From contig CAZBLW010000001.1 of NCBI GenBank assembly GCA_964493305.1, positions 177,484 to 241,483 on the forward strand: DNA of 64,000 nt, written 5' to 3'. This DNA comes from an uncultured Gammaproteobacteria bacterium (GTDB lineage Bacteria > Patescibacteriota > Patescibacteriia > S139-126). The notes below the pieces were generated by a model, which saw only the letters and a program-made list of their open reading frames with translations, did not search any database and was not told the DNA's origin. The position numbers and the translations under genes were made by a program. Positions 1 through 7,448 of the stretch are shown in pieces. Position 1 is the first letter of the stretch; each line of letters begins with the position of its first letter.

Positions 1-743
1 AGCGTAAGGAAAAAAATGACAAAGAAGCTATGCGTCGGTTGATTGAGGCTAATTTGCGTTTAGTGGTTTCGATTGCTAAAAAATTTACTGGCCGTAGTTT
101 ATCTTTATTGGATTTAATTCAAGAAGGTAATATTGGTTTGTTTAGAGCGGTAGAAAAATATGATTACCGCAAAGGTTTTAAATTTTCTACCTATGCCACC
201 TGGTGGATTCGGCAGGCGATTACTAGAGCATTGGCTGATCAATCGCGGACAATCAGAATTCCAGTTCATATGGTAGAAACTATCAATAAATTTCAACAAG
301 TCGAAAGACGTTTAATTCAAGACCTGGGTAGAGAACCGTTACCTGAAGAAATCGCTTCGGAAATGGGCGAGCCGTTGGATAAGATTTTGCATATCATGAA
401 AATATCTCAAGAAACAGTTTCGTTAGAAACTTCAGTTGGTGATGATGATGATGGTGATTCTAAACTGGGCGATTTTATTGAAGATCAAAAAACTATTACT
501 CCTGATCGAGTGGCGGCTTTGCGACTATTGAAAGATCATGTTACTGAAATAATAAGTCAGTTAACCCCACGTGAACAAAAGATTTTAGAAATGCGTTTTG
601 GTTTAACTGACGGAGTTGCTCATACTTTGGAAGAAGTAGGACAAGAGTTTGGTGTAACCCGCGAACGTATTCGGCAAATCGAAGCTAAAGCTTTAGAAAA
701 GATTCAGCAGAATATGCAAATGAAAAAATTAAAGGACTATTAG
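1..743 (+). CDS. rpoD: RNA polymerase sigma-70 family factor (regions 2-4), 5'-partial at the window edge; reading frame begins at nt 3
   Basis: Translation contains [15 protein letters not shown]...[23 protein letters not shown] and a C-terminal region 4 HTH ([21 protein letters not shown]). In-frame codons continue upstream of the first Met to the window edge. Confidence 0.9.
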   Translation, partial: RKEKNDKEAMRRLIEANLRLVVSIAKKFTGRSLSLLDLIQEGNIGLFRAVEKYDYRKGFKFSTYATWWIRQAITRALADQSRTIRIPVHMVETINKFQQVERRLIQDLGREPLPEEIASEMGEPLDKILHIMKISQETVSLETSVGDDDDGDSKLGDFIEDQKTITPDRVAALRLLKDHVTEIISQLTPREQKILEMRFGLTDGVAHTLEEVGQEFGVTRERIRQIEAKALEKIQQNMQMKKLKDY

Positions 744-766
744 TATAGAAAGTTGAAAATAAAATT

Positions 767-793
767 AGAGCAGCTTTTGGCTGCTCTTTTTAT
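767..793. terminator. rho-independent terminator hairpin (agagcagcttttggctgctct + T-run), possibly bidirectional
   Basis: Perfect 8-bp stem followed by TTTTTATTT, located between convergent genes. Confidence 0.6.
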
Positions 794-1516
794 TTAGTTA
801 CTAAACGAATTTTCAAATTGACCGATTAGGGCTAGAAGTTTTTCCGTGGTTAGTTGGAAACTCGGATTATCTATTAATAATGGCACAATATGATTGACCA
901 AAAATTTTGAGGTTTTTTCTTCTCCCCATTCAGCTGAATGAAAAAATATGATTTTGGAGTGCTCGGGTGAAAAAGCATAAGTGATTGGTTTGATGTTGTT
1001 TTTTTCTAGATGATCGTTTATAAATTTTTCTTGAATGAATGAGAAATTTTTAATTTTTTCTAAAAATTTTTCCATTCTGAAATCAAATTTAGCAGCGAAT
1101 GATAAACCTTGGACTGCTTCCAAAAAAGCATCAACCAATTGAATAAAAAATTCAAAATGTGTGTCGCACTCTCCCAGATGCTCCCAGTTGAGTAGTTTAG
1201 CATATTGGCCATCAATTGTTTGACTGTCAGTTTTGGCTAACATACCTCTGAGATGTTCCACTATTTCTAAAGTGCTGAATTCATCATATTCTTTGAAATC
1301 ATAAATGTACTGGTAATTGGGATAAGATGCTTTGAAATGGATGTAGACACTGCGTAAGGCAAACCAAACGTGCAGACTGGTTAATTCATTACGAAACCGC
1401 GAAAGTTTTTCTGCCTTATTTTGTCTAGCAGTCAGATCATAGATGTCGCGATAAATTTGTCTAGGGAAATCAGCTCCAATCGGAGAGAAAACTAGGTCAT
1501 TGGTGTTGTTGTTCAT
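794..1516 (-). CDS. hypothetical protein
   Basis: 240-aa ORF with no motif I recognise. Confidence 0.5.
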   Translation of the reverse strand: MNNNTNDLVFSPIGADFPRQIYRDIYDLTARQNKAEKLSRFRNELTSLHVWFALRSVYIHFKASYPNYQYIYDFKEYDEFSTLEIVEHLRGMLAKTDSQTIDGQYAKLLNWEHLGECDTHFEFFIQLVDAFLEAVQGLSFAAKFDFRMEKFLEKIKNFSFIQEKFINDHLEKNNIKPITYAFSPEHSKIIFFHSAEWGEEKTSKFLVNHIVPLLIDNPSFQLTTEKLLALIGQFENSFSN

Positions 1517-1617
1517 GGTAATATTCCTTTTTTAATGTAAGATTCCAAACATATTATCACAAACTATTTTTTTTGTAAATATTAAAAGCCAAGAATTTAT
1601 ATCTTGGCTTTAAGGTT

Positions 1618-1836
1618 TTAATTGATTTTTTCAGTTGGCTGTTTGTGGATTATTTTTCCGTTTTCAAGATAGGCAGATTCACCTGAACGATTGAATACTA
1701 AATTTCCATCAGACCAGTGTATTCTCCCGCAAGTATTACAAGGATAAGCAGTGGCACTACTACTGCAACCAGTACGAAGGTGGATAATTTTTTCTAAATC
1801 AATACTGCCAGAGCAATCTTTTTCTTTACAATTCAT
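1618..1836 (-). CDS. small zinc-ribbon protein (CxxC...CxxC)
   Basis: 72 aa with two Cys pairs (CSGS...CNTCG). Confidence 0.4.
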   Translation of the reverse strand: MNCKEKDCSGSIDLEKIIHLRTGCSSSATAYPCNTCGRIHWSDGNLVFNRSGESAYLENGKIIHKQPTEKIN

Positions 1837-1942
1837 GATTTACCTCTCATTTTTAAATTTTGATAATTAAAGAACCGATTAAGTATAGTAGATAAATTTA
1901 TTAGATTTGTCAATATTGGAAAATTGAGCTCAAATAAATGAT

Positions 1943-1971
1943 TTGACATAAATTATTAAAATTAATAAGAT
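1943..1971 (+). promoter_or_regulatory. sigma-70-like promoter TTGACA-17-TAAGAT upstream of deoD
   Basis: Consensus -35 with a 17-nt spacer to the -10. An SD AAAGGAG lies 7 nt before the deoD ATG. Confidence 0.5.
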
Positions 1972-2016
1972 ATTAAATTCAATTTACCTTAACAAATCAA
2001 AACAAAGGAGAAAATC

Positions 2017-2721
2017 ATGAGTATACATATTGCTGCCAAACCTGGACAAATTGCCGAAACTGTTTTATTAGCTGGTGATCCTTTGCGAGCAAAATTTATC
2101 GCTGACAATTATTTAGAAAAAGTAACTCAGTACAATACTGTTCGTAATATGTTAGGTTTTACCGGTTATACTTTAGATAATAGGAAAGTTTCAGTTCAAG
2201 GTTCGGGTATGGGCATGCCGTCACTGGCAATTTATGTCAATGAATTAATAGATAGCTACAAGGTTAAAAAAATTATCCGAGTAGGTAGTTGTGGTTCGTT
2301 ACAGCCAGAAATAAAATTGCAGGATATAATTCTAGCTATGGGTTCATGCTCTGATTCAGCATTAAATGTGCGTCGTTTTGTGGGTCTTAGTTTTGCCCCT
2401 TTGGCAGATTGGGATTTATTGTGGCGAGCTTATCAGCTGGCGCAACAAACATCTACCTTAGTTAGAGTGGGTAATATTTTTGCCACTGATAAATTTTATG
2501 ATGATTGCTCACCCAGCGCCTGGGAAATATTTGCCCAATACAAAGTATTGGCAATTGAAATGGAAACGGCGGAACTTTATACCTTGGCCGCACAAAAAAA
2601 CATACAAGCTTTATCGATTCTAACTGTCAGCGACAGTTTAGTTACCAAGCAATCAGTGAGTGCTTTAGAGCGGGAACAAAGTTTCACCGAGATGATTGAA
2701 CTAGCTTTGCAGTTATTTTAG
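2017..2721 (+). CDS. deoD: purine nucleoside phosphorylase, DeoD type
   Basis: AGDPLRAKFIADNYLE...NMLGFTGYT...SVQGSGMGMPS...KIIRVGSCGS...EMETAELY are hallmark PNP-I motifs, and the sequence aligns with E. coli DeoD. Confidence 0.9.
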   Translation: MSIHIAAKPGQIAETVLLAGDPLRAKFIADNYLEKVTQYNTVRNMLGFTGYTLDNRKVSVQGSGMGMPSLAIYVNELIDSYKVKKIIRVGSCGSLQPEIKLQDIILAMGSCSDSALNVRRFVGLSFAPLADWDLLWRAYQLAQQTSTLVRVGNIFATDKFYDDCSPSAWEIFAQYKVLAIEMETAELYTLAAQKNIQALSILTVSDSLVTKQSVSALEREQSFTEMIELALQLF

Positions 2722-2726
2722 TTAAT

Positions 2727-2756
2727 AAGCGGATAGTTATTTATCCGCTTTTTTAT
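2727..2756 (+). terminator. rho-independent terminator (aagcggata..tatccgctt + T6)
   Basis: Inverted repeat followed by TTTTTTATT, just after the deoD stop. Confidence 0.7.
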
Positions 2757-2937
2757 TGGTGGCAATAAATTTTTTGGTAATTAGAAATATTCGCATACTA
2801 CTTATAATAACCAAAATTAGTCCAATTAATTGTGCTCCGGGACTGTCATCATATTCTCCAAAAACAATCATAAATACACCAAATAGAAGTAGTGTAAGGA
2901 AAATAAATGATAATAACGCATATCTTATTTTGTTCAT
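2737..2937 (-). CDS. small two-TM membrane protein (hypothetical)
   Basis: 66 aa with two hydrophobic helices. Its 3' end overlaps the deoD terminator, so the call is tentative. Confidence 0.3.
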   Translation of the reverse strand: MNKIRYALLSFIFLTLLLFGVFMIVFGEYDDSPGAQLIGLILVIISSMRIFLITKKFIATNKKADK

Positions 2938-3054
2938 AAGTTAATTATATCATTACATATAAAAAAATGACGAGCAAAAGTTCATCATTTTTTTATGGCT
3001 TGGTGTCGTGGGGGAAATTAGAACCAGAAGTGTGGTGTAATATCAAACTAATCA

Positions 3055-3357
3055 CTATTGTCCATTAACAACCTTTTCAATATAGTCATCCAATAATGAG
3101 CTAAGATTGTTTTGAACCAATTCAGAAAATTCATCCGATGTATATTTTGATGCTAATACCTTTTCTAAACCTGTCGTATCCTTTTTTTCTAAGCACTTAT
3201 TAATATGATTCCAATCCTCATTATTAAATTTTGGTGCAGTAATACTTATTAATTCTAAACCAGCTATTGTTAAAAAATCGTTAGTGTACTTTCCAAGCTT
3301 ATCTTCACTTAATTCTATGCCTCGTGATTTTAATAATGCTCTTAATAATTCTTTCAT
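3055..3357 (-). CDS. hypothetical protein
   Basis: 100 aa, coupled by a 4-nt overlap to the upstream ORF. AT-rich region near a tRNA. Confidence 0.4.
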   Translation of the reverse strand: MKELLRALLKSRGIELSEDKLGKYTNDFLTIAGLELISITAPKFNNEDWNHINKCLEKKDTTGLEKVLASKYTSDEFSELVQNNLSSLLDDYIEKVVNGQ

Positions 3358-3689
3358 ATATTTTGTTCTTTATTTGTATCAAAATTCCCTTCCAAACCTA
3401 ACTTATGAGATAGCGCGCTAAGTGCCATATAAGTAAGTGAGCCACTGCTTACACCATTAACTAATGACATAAATTGTCTAGCATTAGGATCTTCTAACGA
3501 TAAAAAAGTCCCCACTGCGGCGCCTGCTGCTACTGTCCCTGATGCATATAGTTTTATTTTTTCTATTACATCAGGATGATCTGCAGCCCAATTCTGAACC
3601 TTATCTTTAAACCAATTATCATGCCGTTCATCAAGATTCTCTTGATTTTCAAGTACATTTTCATTATTTGGCATTTTTTCAAATTTCAT
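3354..3689 (-). CDS. hypothetical protein (Ala/Gly-rich hydrophobic segment)
   Basis: 111 aa containing GTVAAGAAVGTFL. No recognisable domain. Confidence 0.4.
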   Translation of the reverse strand: MKFEKMPNNENVLENQENLDERHDNWFKDKVQNWAADHPDVIEKIKLYASGTVAAGAAVGTFLSLEDPNARQFMSLVNGVSSGSLTYMALSALSHKLGLEGNFDTNKEQNI

Positions 3690-3847
3690 ATTGCCATAAA
3701 TATTAATAATTAGTCCCTCTATATAATATATATATCACAATTATAGTATTTTTCAAGTTACAATATATTACAATATAGTCTATACTCCAGTTCTAACCTT
3801 CACTTGCCCTATACAAAAAACACCAATAAATACTGGTGTTCTTTGTT

Positions 3848-3867
3848 ATGGCTCCGCGGGTCGGACT
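3848..3867. repeat. 20-bp direct repeat of the tRNA-Asn 3' end (atggctccgcgggtcggact), identical to 3942..3961
   Basis: Exact 20/20 copy of the T-stem 3' half plus acceptor stem and CCA, 94 bp from the genuine tRNA end. Two hairpin plus T-run terminators (3919..3940 and 3815..3840, minus-strand sense) lie around it. Confidence 0.7.
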
Positions 3868-3983
3868 TCCCGCCAAGGCGGGATAAACTTCTCGTCCTCC
3901 CAGAAATGAAAATAGCGCCACCTGATGGTGACGCAATTTTCATGGCTCCGCGGGTCGGACTCGAACCGACGACCCACTGGTTA

Positions 3984-4532
3984 CATCTACCCCTATGTTT
4001 CCATAAGGAATGGACTATCTCATCATCCTGATTTAATTCAGGAGCGGGGCGCTTCCCCCTAATAAAGAGGTACGCCTTTCGGCTAGTCTCTGAACCTTCT
4101 CGCCAAATTAGCGAGCTTGGCTGCGGATTACCTTATCTGTAATTTTCAGACTTAGGCTTCCCGTCAATTCACCCCGTTTTTCTGTCCTCGCTTACGCGAG
4201 GCAGCTGCGTAATACCGACATGTAATTCTCTGTGACAATTAGCACAAATCAAAATGCATTTGTCGACTTCTTTTTTTACACTTTCCCATGACCTTGTCAA
4301 ACCTTGTCCGGATATACCAAATTTCTTTTTGGTTTTATCTAGATGGTGTAAATCGAGAGCTTCAATACATTTTTTATAACCACAAATTATACATTTACCG
4401 CCTTTATATTCAACAACCATTGCTTTAATCTGTTTTCTTCTTTTAGCAACAGCTCGTTTTAAATATTGGGCACGATCGGTATATTTTCTTTTATCTGGCA
4501 TACATTTAAAAGTATACCAAATGATGTTGAAC
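3984..4532 (-). mobile_element. group I self-splicing intron in the tRNA-Asn anticodon loop (between nt 35 and 36), carrying an HNH endonuclease ORF in its P1 loop
   Basis: The 5' exon end GGCUGU can pair with the internal guide GCAGCC (revcomp of 4119..4124), including a terminal U.G wobble at the splice site. The R-like element UUCAGAGACUAGCC (revcomp of 4081..4094) and S-like GAGAUAGUCC (revcomp of 4012..4021) form a GACUA/UAGUC P7. The intron ends in G directly before exon 2. Confidence 0.7.
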
Positions 4533-4534
4533 AC
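4169..4534 (-). CDS. HNH homing endonuclease (intron-encoded)
   Basis: CIICGYKKC...LDLHHLD...NCHRELH is an HNH/zinc-finger endonuclease motif. The ORF starts (GTG or nearby) immediately at the 5' splice site. The track's GTG at 4532..4534 includes the last two exon-1 nucleotides (4533..4534), so this CDS extends 2 nt past the intron annotation (3984..4532); the true start is uncertain. Confidence 0.75.
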   Translation of the reverse strand: MFNIIWYTFKCMPDKRKYTDRAQYLKRAVAKRRKQIKAMVVEYKGGKCIICGYKKCIEALDLHHLDKTKKKFGISGQGLTRSWESVKKEVDKCILICANCHRELHVGITQLPRVSEDRKTG

Positions 4535-4562
4535 AGCCAGTTGCTCTACCGACTGAGCTACC

Positions 4563-4703
4563 GCGGAATAATATTAAACTCATTAAAGAACAAATAACCG
4601 CGAGGCAATTTCACGATAGAGCAACTGACTGACACAGTCGTCAGCTTAGACATCCAGTCCAACCTGACCTCTACCGACAAAAAACCTTACGGAATAATAT
4701 TAA
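4563..4703. repeat. segment flanked by 15-bp direct repeats (cggaataatattaaa at 4563..4577 and 4689..4703), containing diverged pseudo-copies of tRNA-Asn exon 1 in both orientations
   Basis: Plus strand has CCGCGAGGCAATTTCACGATAGAGCAACTGACTG against true exon 1 CCGCGGTAGCTCAGTCGGTAGAGCAACTGGCTG. Minus strand has GTCGGTAGAGGTCAGG. A central hairpin ctgac..gtcag is also present. Confidence 0.5.
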
Positions 4704-4822
4704 AACAGTATTCTTATGCTACTATTTTTATATAAAACCGTCAATATATGTATTCAAATTGGTATTGCTTTTTACTGAAAATACGCGCATACTCAATACA
4801 CTATAATAATTAATATTAATTT

Positions 4823-5275
4823 ATGGGAGATTTTAAAAGAGGTGGTGGTAAACACTTTGGCGGCGGAGGTTTTAGAGGTCGTGATCGAGGTAGAAGCCAC
4901 GGTCCAGTATCGATGCATCACGCGGTTTGCGACCAATGCGGCAAAGATTGTGAAGTACCATTTCGCCCTAGCGGCGATAAGCCAGTTTTTTGTGATGACT
5001 GTTTTGCTAGTAAAAAAAGTGGCGGGGGCAATCGGGGAGGAGATAGATTTGCCCAGAAAAATTTTAGCGCTAAACCAGCGTCTAGTGGGGGAAGTAATGA
5101 TGAAGTAAAGAAGCAGTTAGTGATGTTAAATGAGAAAATGGAACGACTGATTAAAGTAATCGAGTTAAACAATAAACCGCAACCAATGGCAGTTATCCCC
5201 AAAGTCAAAAAAATAGTGAAGGCACTACCAGTAACCAAAGCTAAAAAAGTGGCTAAGAAGAAAGTGAAGAAATAG
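4823..5275 (+). CDS. Gly/Arg-rich protein with a CxxC..VPFRP..PVFCxxC zinc ribbon and a Lys-rich (KAKKVAKKKVKK) tail; putative nucleic-acid-binding protein
   Basis: N-terminal RGG-like GGGKHFGGGGFRGRDRGR, then CDQCGKDCEVPFRPSGDKPVFCDDC, then a histone-H1-like basic C-terminus. A TATAAT box sits at 4801..4806. Confidence 0.55.
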   Translation: MGDFKRGGGKHFGGGGFRGRDRGRSHGPVSMHHAVCDQCGKDCEVPFRPSGDKPVFCDDCFASKKSGGGNRGGDRFAQKNFSAKPASSGGSNDEVKKQLVMLNEKMERLIKVIELNNKPQPMAVIPKVKKIVKALPVTKAKKVAKKKVKK

Positions 5276-5342
5276 CAATATATTTTAGTAAAACAACGGA
5301 TGAAAATCCGTTGTTTTTAATTTAATTGTTTTTCTTAAGTAT

Positions 5343-5371
5343 TGACAAAATCGAAAAAATGTGCTATACTG
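5343..5371 (+). promoter_or_regulatory. promoter TTGACA-17-TATACT. A perfect 14-bp palindrome ATTCTAGCTAGAAT (5379..5392) lies just downstream.
   Basis: Consensus hexamers. The module is about 85% identical to the promoter at 15173..15201. Confidence 0.55.
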
Positions 5372-5441
5372 ATTGGTTATTCTAGCTAGAATAGCACTTT
5401 GAAAATTAAATAACTAAACAAAAATTAGTAAGGAGTTCTAG

Positions 5442-6563
5442 ATGAACTGGTATCACAAATTACTTATTACTTTGGTGATTGGATTATTCTTATTCATCCA
5501 TCAAGATGTAATAATCGAAAATTATCGTGATAATTCGCCAGTTCTATCTAGCGAAGAAATCACGAGTCTTAATGAGCAGGTGTTGAGAGTAGCAACTAAT
5601 GCCCAAGAACAAATAAAATCTGACGGGTATTCCGTCGACCAATGGCAAGCGGATGTTTTCTTATTGAGACAAATATTGAATGAATATAAAAGATACTATA
5701 ATTATAGATTTTATATTCATGCTCAAAATACTATTGATTTTACAATCGAAAATTTTTACCGTCCAAAATCAATGGACAAAGTCAATGGTTTATTATTTCA
5801 ACAAGAAGTTAATTCTGCTCAAGCTAATGTCCTGCACGACAATAATGTTGGAGTAGATTGGTCAAAATTTTTGACAGGACTTTGGAGTTTTTATTTATCA
5901 TTTATACCGTTTGTCTTTTTGATCATCTTGATTAAAAGGTCAACTGTATATAAGTTGAAATTCCATTCTGCCGGAGATATGGCAGTTGTCATACTATGTA
6001 TATTGTTTAGCATCATCGGTATCTTTGTTTATAAACCCAATAGTTTATTACAAAAAACGATTGATGCCGAACTACAAGTTTGGCAAGAGAAAATTGGCAC
6101 TAGAGGCTGGAGATTAGCACTAGCCTATATGTTAGCAATCTTATTTGCCATTGGGACGATTCTTCGTCCCATAAAAATTTATGCCCAAGAAATTGTGCAG
6201 AATAGGGTGACAATTACCCAAATGGTAGTAGAATCTGAAGACGAATCTTTAGAATTCAATTTGCCAATTACGGCAACGGTGCGGAACTATTTTGTAAAAA
6301 TCATTAGAGCAATTCAGAAATATATATTTCTGTTTTTTTCTCCCATGTTTATTTTACTAAACATTCCGCCACCCAGAAGTTTCATCATAGTCAATTGGCA
6401 AACGCCAAGAGACAAATTAGTATTATCTAAAATGATAATTGGCTGTAGAGCTCCAAGTATTTTAGTTCAGTTTAACTTAATTAACCGAACTAAAACAAAA
6501 TACAAAGGAATTTACTACAGTGAAAAACATCATTTTAATATTATTAATCTTTTTGGCAGCTAA
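5442..6563 (+). CDS. hypothetical integral membrane protein
   Basis: 373 aa with several hydrophobic helices and an SD AAGGAG upstream. The 3' end overlaps the next ORF by 44 nt, so the stop or frame should be verified. Confidence 0.5.
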   Translation: MNWYHKLLITLVIGLFLFIHQDVIIENYRDNSPVLSSEEITSLNEQVLRVATNAQEQIKSDGYSVDQWQADVFLLRQILNEYKRYYNYRFYIHAQNTIDFTIENFYRPKSMDKVNGLLFQQEVNSAQANVLHDNNVGVDWSKFLTGLWSFYLSFIPFVFLIILIKRSTVYKLKFHSAGDMAVVILCILFSIIGIFVYKPNSLLQKTIDAELQVWQEKIGTRGWRLALAYMLAILFAIGTILRPIKIYAQEIVQNRVTITQMVVESEDESLEFNLPITATVRNYFVKIIRAIQKYIFLFFSPMFILLNIPPPRSFIIVNWQTPRDKLVLSKMIIGCRAPSILVQFNLINRTKTKYKGIYYSEKHHFNIINLFGS

Positions 6564-7332
6564 TGTCCAAATACTTTCTCAGGATTTAACAATTACCCGC
6601 AAGTATGTCGGAGTAATTTATACCGGAGTAATAGATCAAAAAGTAAATATCAACAGCAATGTTGATTATATGTTTGGTTTAGAAACCAAGTATACATTAT
6701 TTACTGATAATGATTTATTTTTTCGAGCACGTTACTCAAATCCTGATGAAAGTTATGGTAGTTTCTGGTACGAATCAAATTTCAATGACTTGAAAGTCAA
6801 AGTAGGCTATATTGCTAGACAAATTACTCTGACTAGACCTCATCCAATTGGATCAGGAGGACACTTTGAACCTTTCCCTTATGGAAAGATACCTGGTGGT
6901 GCTCCTGGCGTTGATGTTTCTTTAAATGGAAACAGTTGGTCAGTCGGAGTCGGTTACTCCTACAATTCTCAAAAACAAGTCAGCGAAGCAAACCTGGGAG
7001 TTGGCTTCAAAGATAAAGATTTTGAGATTAGGGGCGGGTTAGTTTACAACCAGCTGTATCAGGGAGTAGCAGGTCAGGTGATATATTGTGGTTCTAAGCT
7101 GATGAGTTTTATTGAATCAGATTCTCTACTAACAAATTTTTTGTTTATTAGTGGCCCTATCAACGGCTACTTAGGATCAAGTTATGATCATAAACACAAA
7201 GATTTGGAAAGAGTAGAATTTGGTTTAACCAAAGATTTATCAGCACCTTACGGTTTAAAGGGCGTAATTGCCACTGGATATGATCCTTTAAATAAATTGG
7301 TAAAAATTTATTTTTGGGTCTATTTCCAGTAA
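6520..7332 (+). CDS. hypothetical secreted protein (signal peptide, beta-rich)
   Basis: Begins with a GTG start and a hydrophobic N-terminus (ILILLIFLAANVQ). Composition is Gly/Tyr/Ser-rich. Confidence 0.5.
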   Translation: MKNIILILLIFLAANVQILSQDLTITRKYVGVIYTGVIDQKVNINSNVDYMFGLETKYTLFTDNDLFFRARYSNPDESYGSFWYESNFNDLKVKVGYIARQITLTRPHPIGSGGHFEPFPYGKIPGGAPGVDVSLNGNSWSVGVGYSYNSQKQVSEANLGVGFKDKDFEIRGGLVYNQLYQGVAGQVIYCGSKLMSFIESDSLLTNFLFISGPINGYLGSSYDHKHKDLERVEFGLTKDLSAPYGLKGVIATGYDPLNKLVKIYFWVYFQ

Positions 7333-7382
7333 TAATAAACAATTTTTTCCAACTTTCAAAAAAGAAAGGAGGTAAAATTTTA

Positions 7383-7416
7383 GAGTCGTCTTGAAAAGAC
7401 GACTCTTTTATTTTGT
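7383..7416 (+). terminator. rho-independent terminator (agagtcgtcttgaaaagacgactct + T-run)
   Basis: Perfect 10-bp stem followed by TTTTATTTTG. Confidence 0.75.
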
Positions 7417-7448
7417 TGTATAATTAAATATTACTTAAATTAATCAGT

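Larger units (their letters stand above)
3943..4567 (-). tRNA. tRNA-Asn(GUU) interrupted by a 549-nt group I intron. Exon 1 is 4533..4567 and exon 2 is 3943..3983.
   Basis: Exons joined on the minus strand give TCCGCGGTAGCTCAGTCGGTAGAGCAACTGGCTGT|TAACCAGTGGGTCGTCGGTTCGAGTCCGACCCGCGGAGCCA. This is a 76-nt cloverleaf with anticodon loop CUGUUAA, U1-A72, G73 and a GGTTCGAGTCC T-loop. It is near-collinear with E. coli tRNA-Asn. Confidence 0.8.

Noticed and set aside
3804-4031. 75-aa plus-strand ORF from the six-frame track
   Set aside because: It lies on top of the tRNA-Asn 3' exon, its 20-bp duplicate and two terminator hairpins. The translation (..GSDFPPRRDKLLVLPEMKIAPPDGDAIFMAPRVGLEPTTHW..) is just the reverse read of structured RNA, so it is not coding.
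3848-4567. Considered tmRNA (ssrA) because of a tRNA-like 3' end separated from an upstream partner by several hundred nt
   Set aside because: The two pieces reconstitute a complete canonical tRNA-Asn including the anticodon stem-loop. The intervening sequence has group I P1/P7 signatures and an HNH ORF instead of a tag-peptide reading frame and pseudoknots.
4842-5238. Alternative-frame ORFs 4842..5108 (+) and 4918..5238 (-)
   Set aside because: They overlap the 4823..5275 gene. Their open frames are a by-product of the repetitive GGN/AAR codon composition. The zinc-ribbon frame has motif coherence and the others do not.
6520-6563. 44-nt overlap between the 5442..6563 and 6520..7332 ORFs, considered as a possible frameshifted single gene
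   Set aside because: The downstream ORF has its own SD (AAAGGA) and a signal-peptide-like N-terminus, so two genes is the simpler reading. The unusual C-terminal tail of the upstream protein means its true stop could be earlier if there is a sequencing error, so this remains a caveat rather than a feature.
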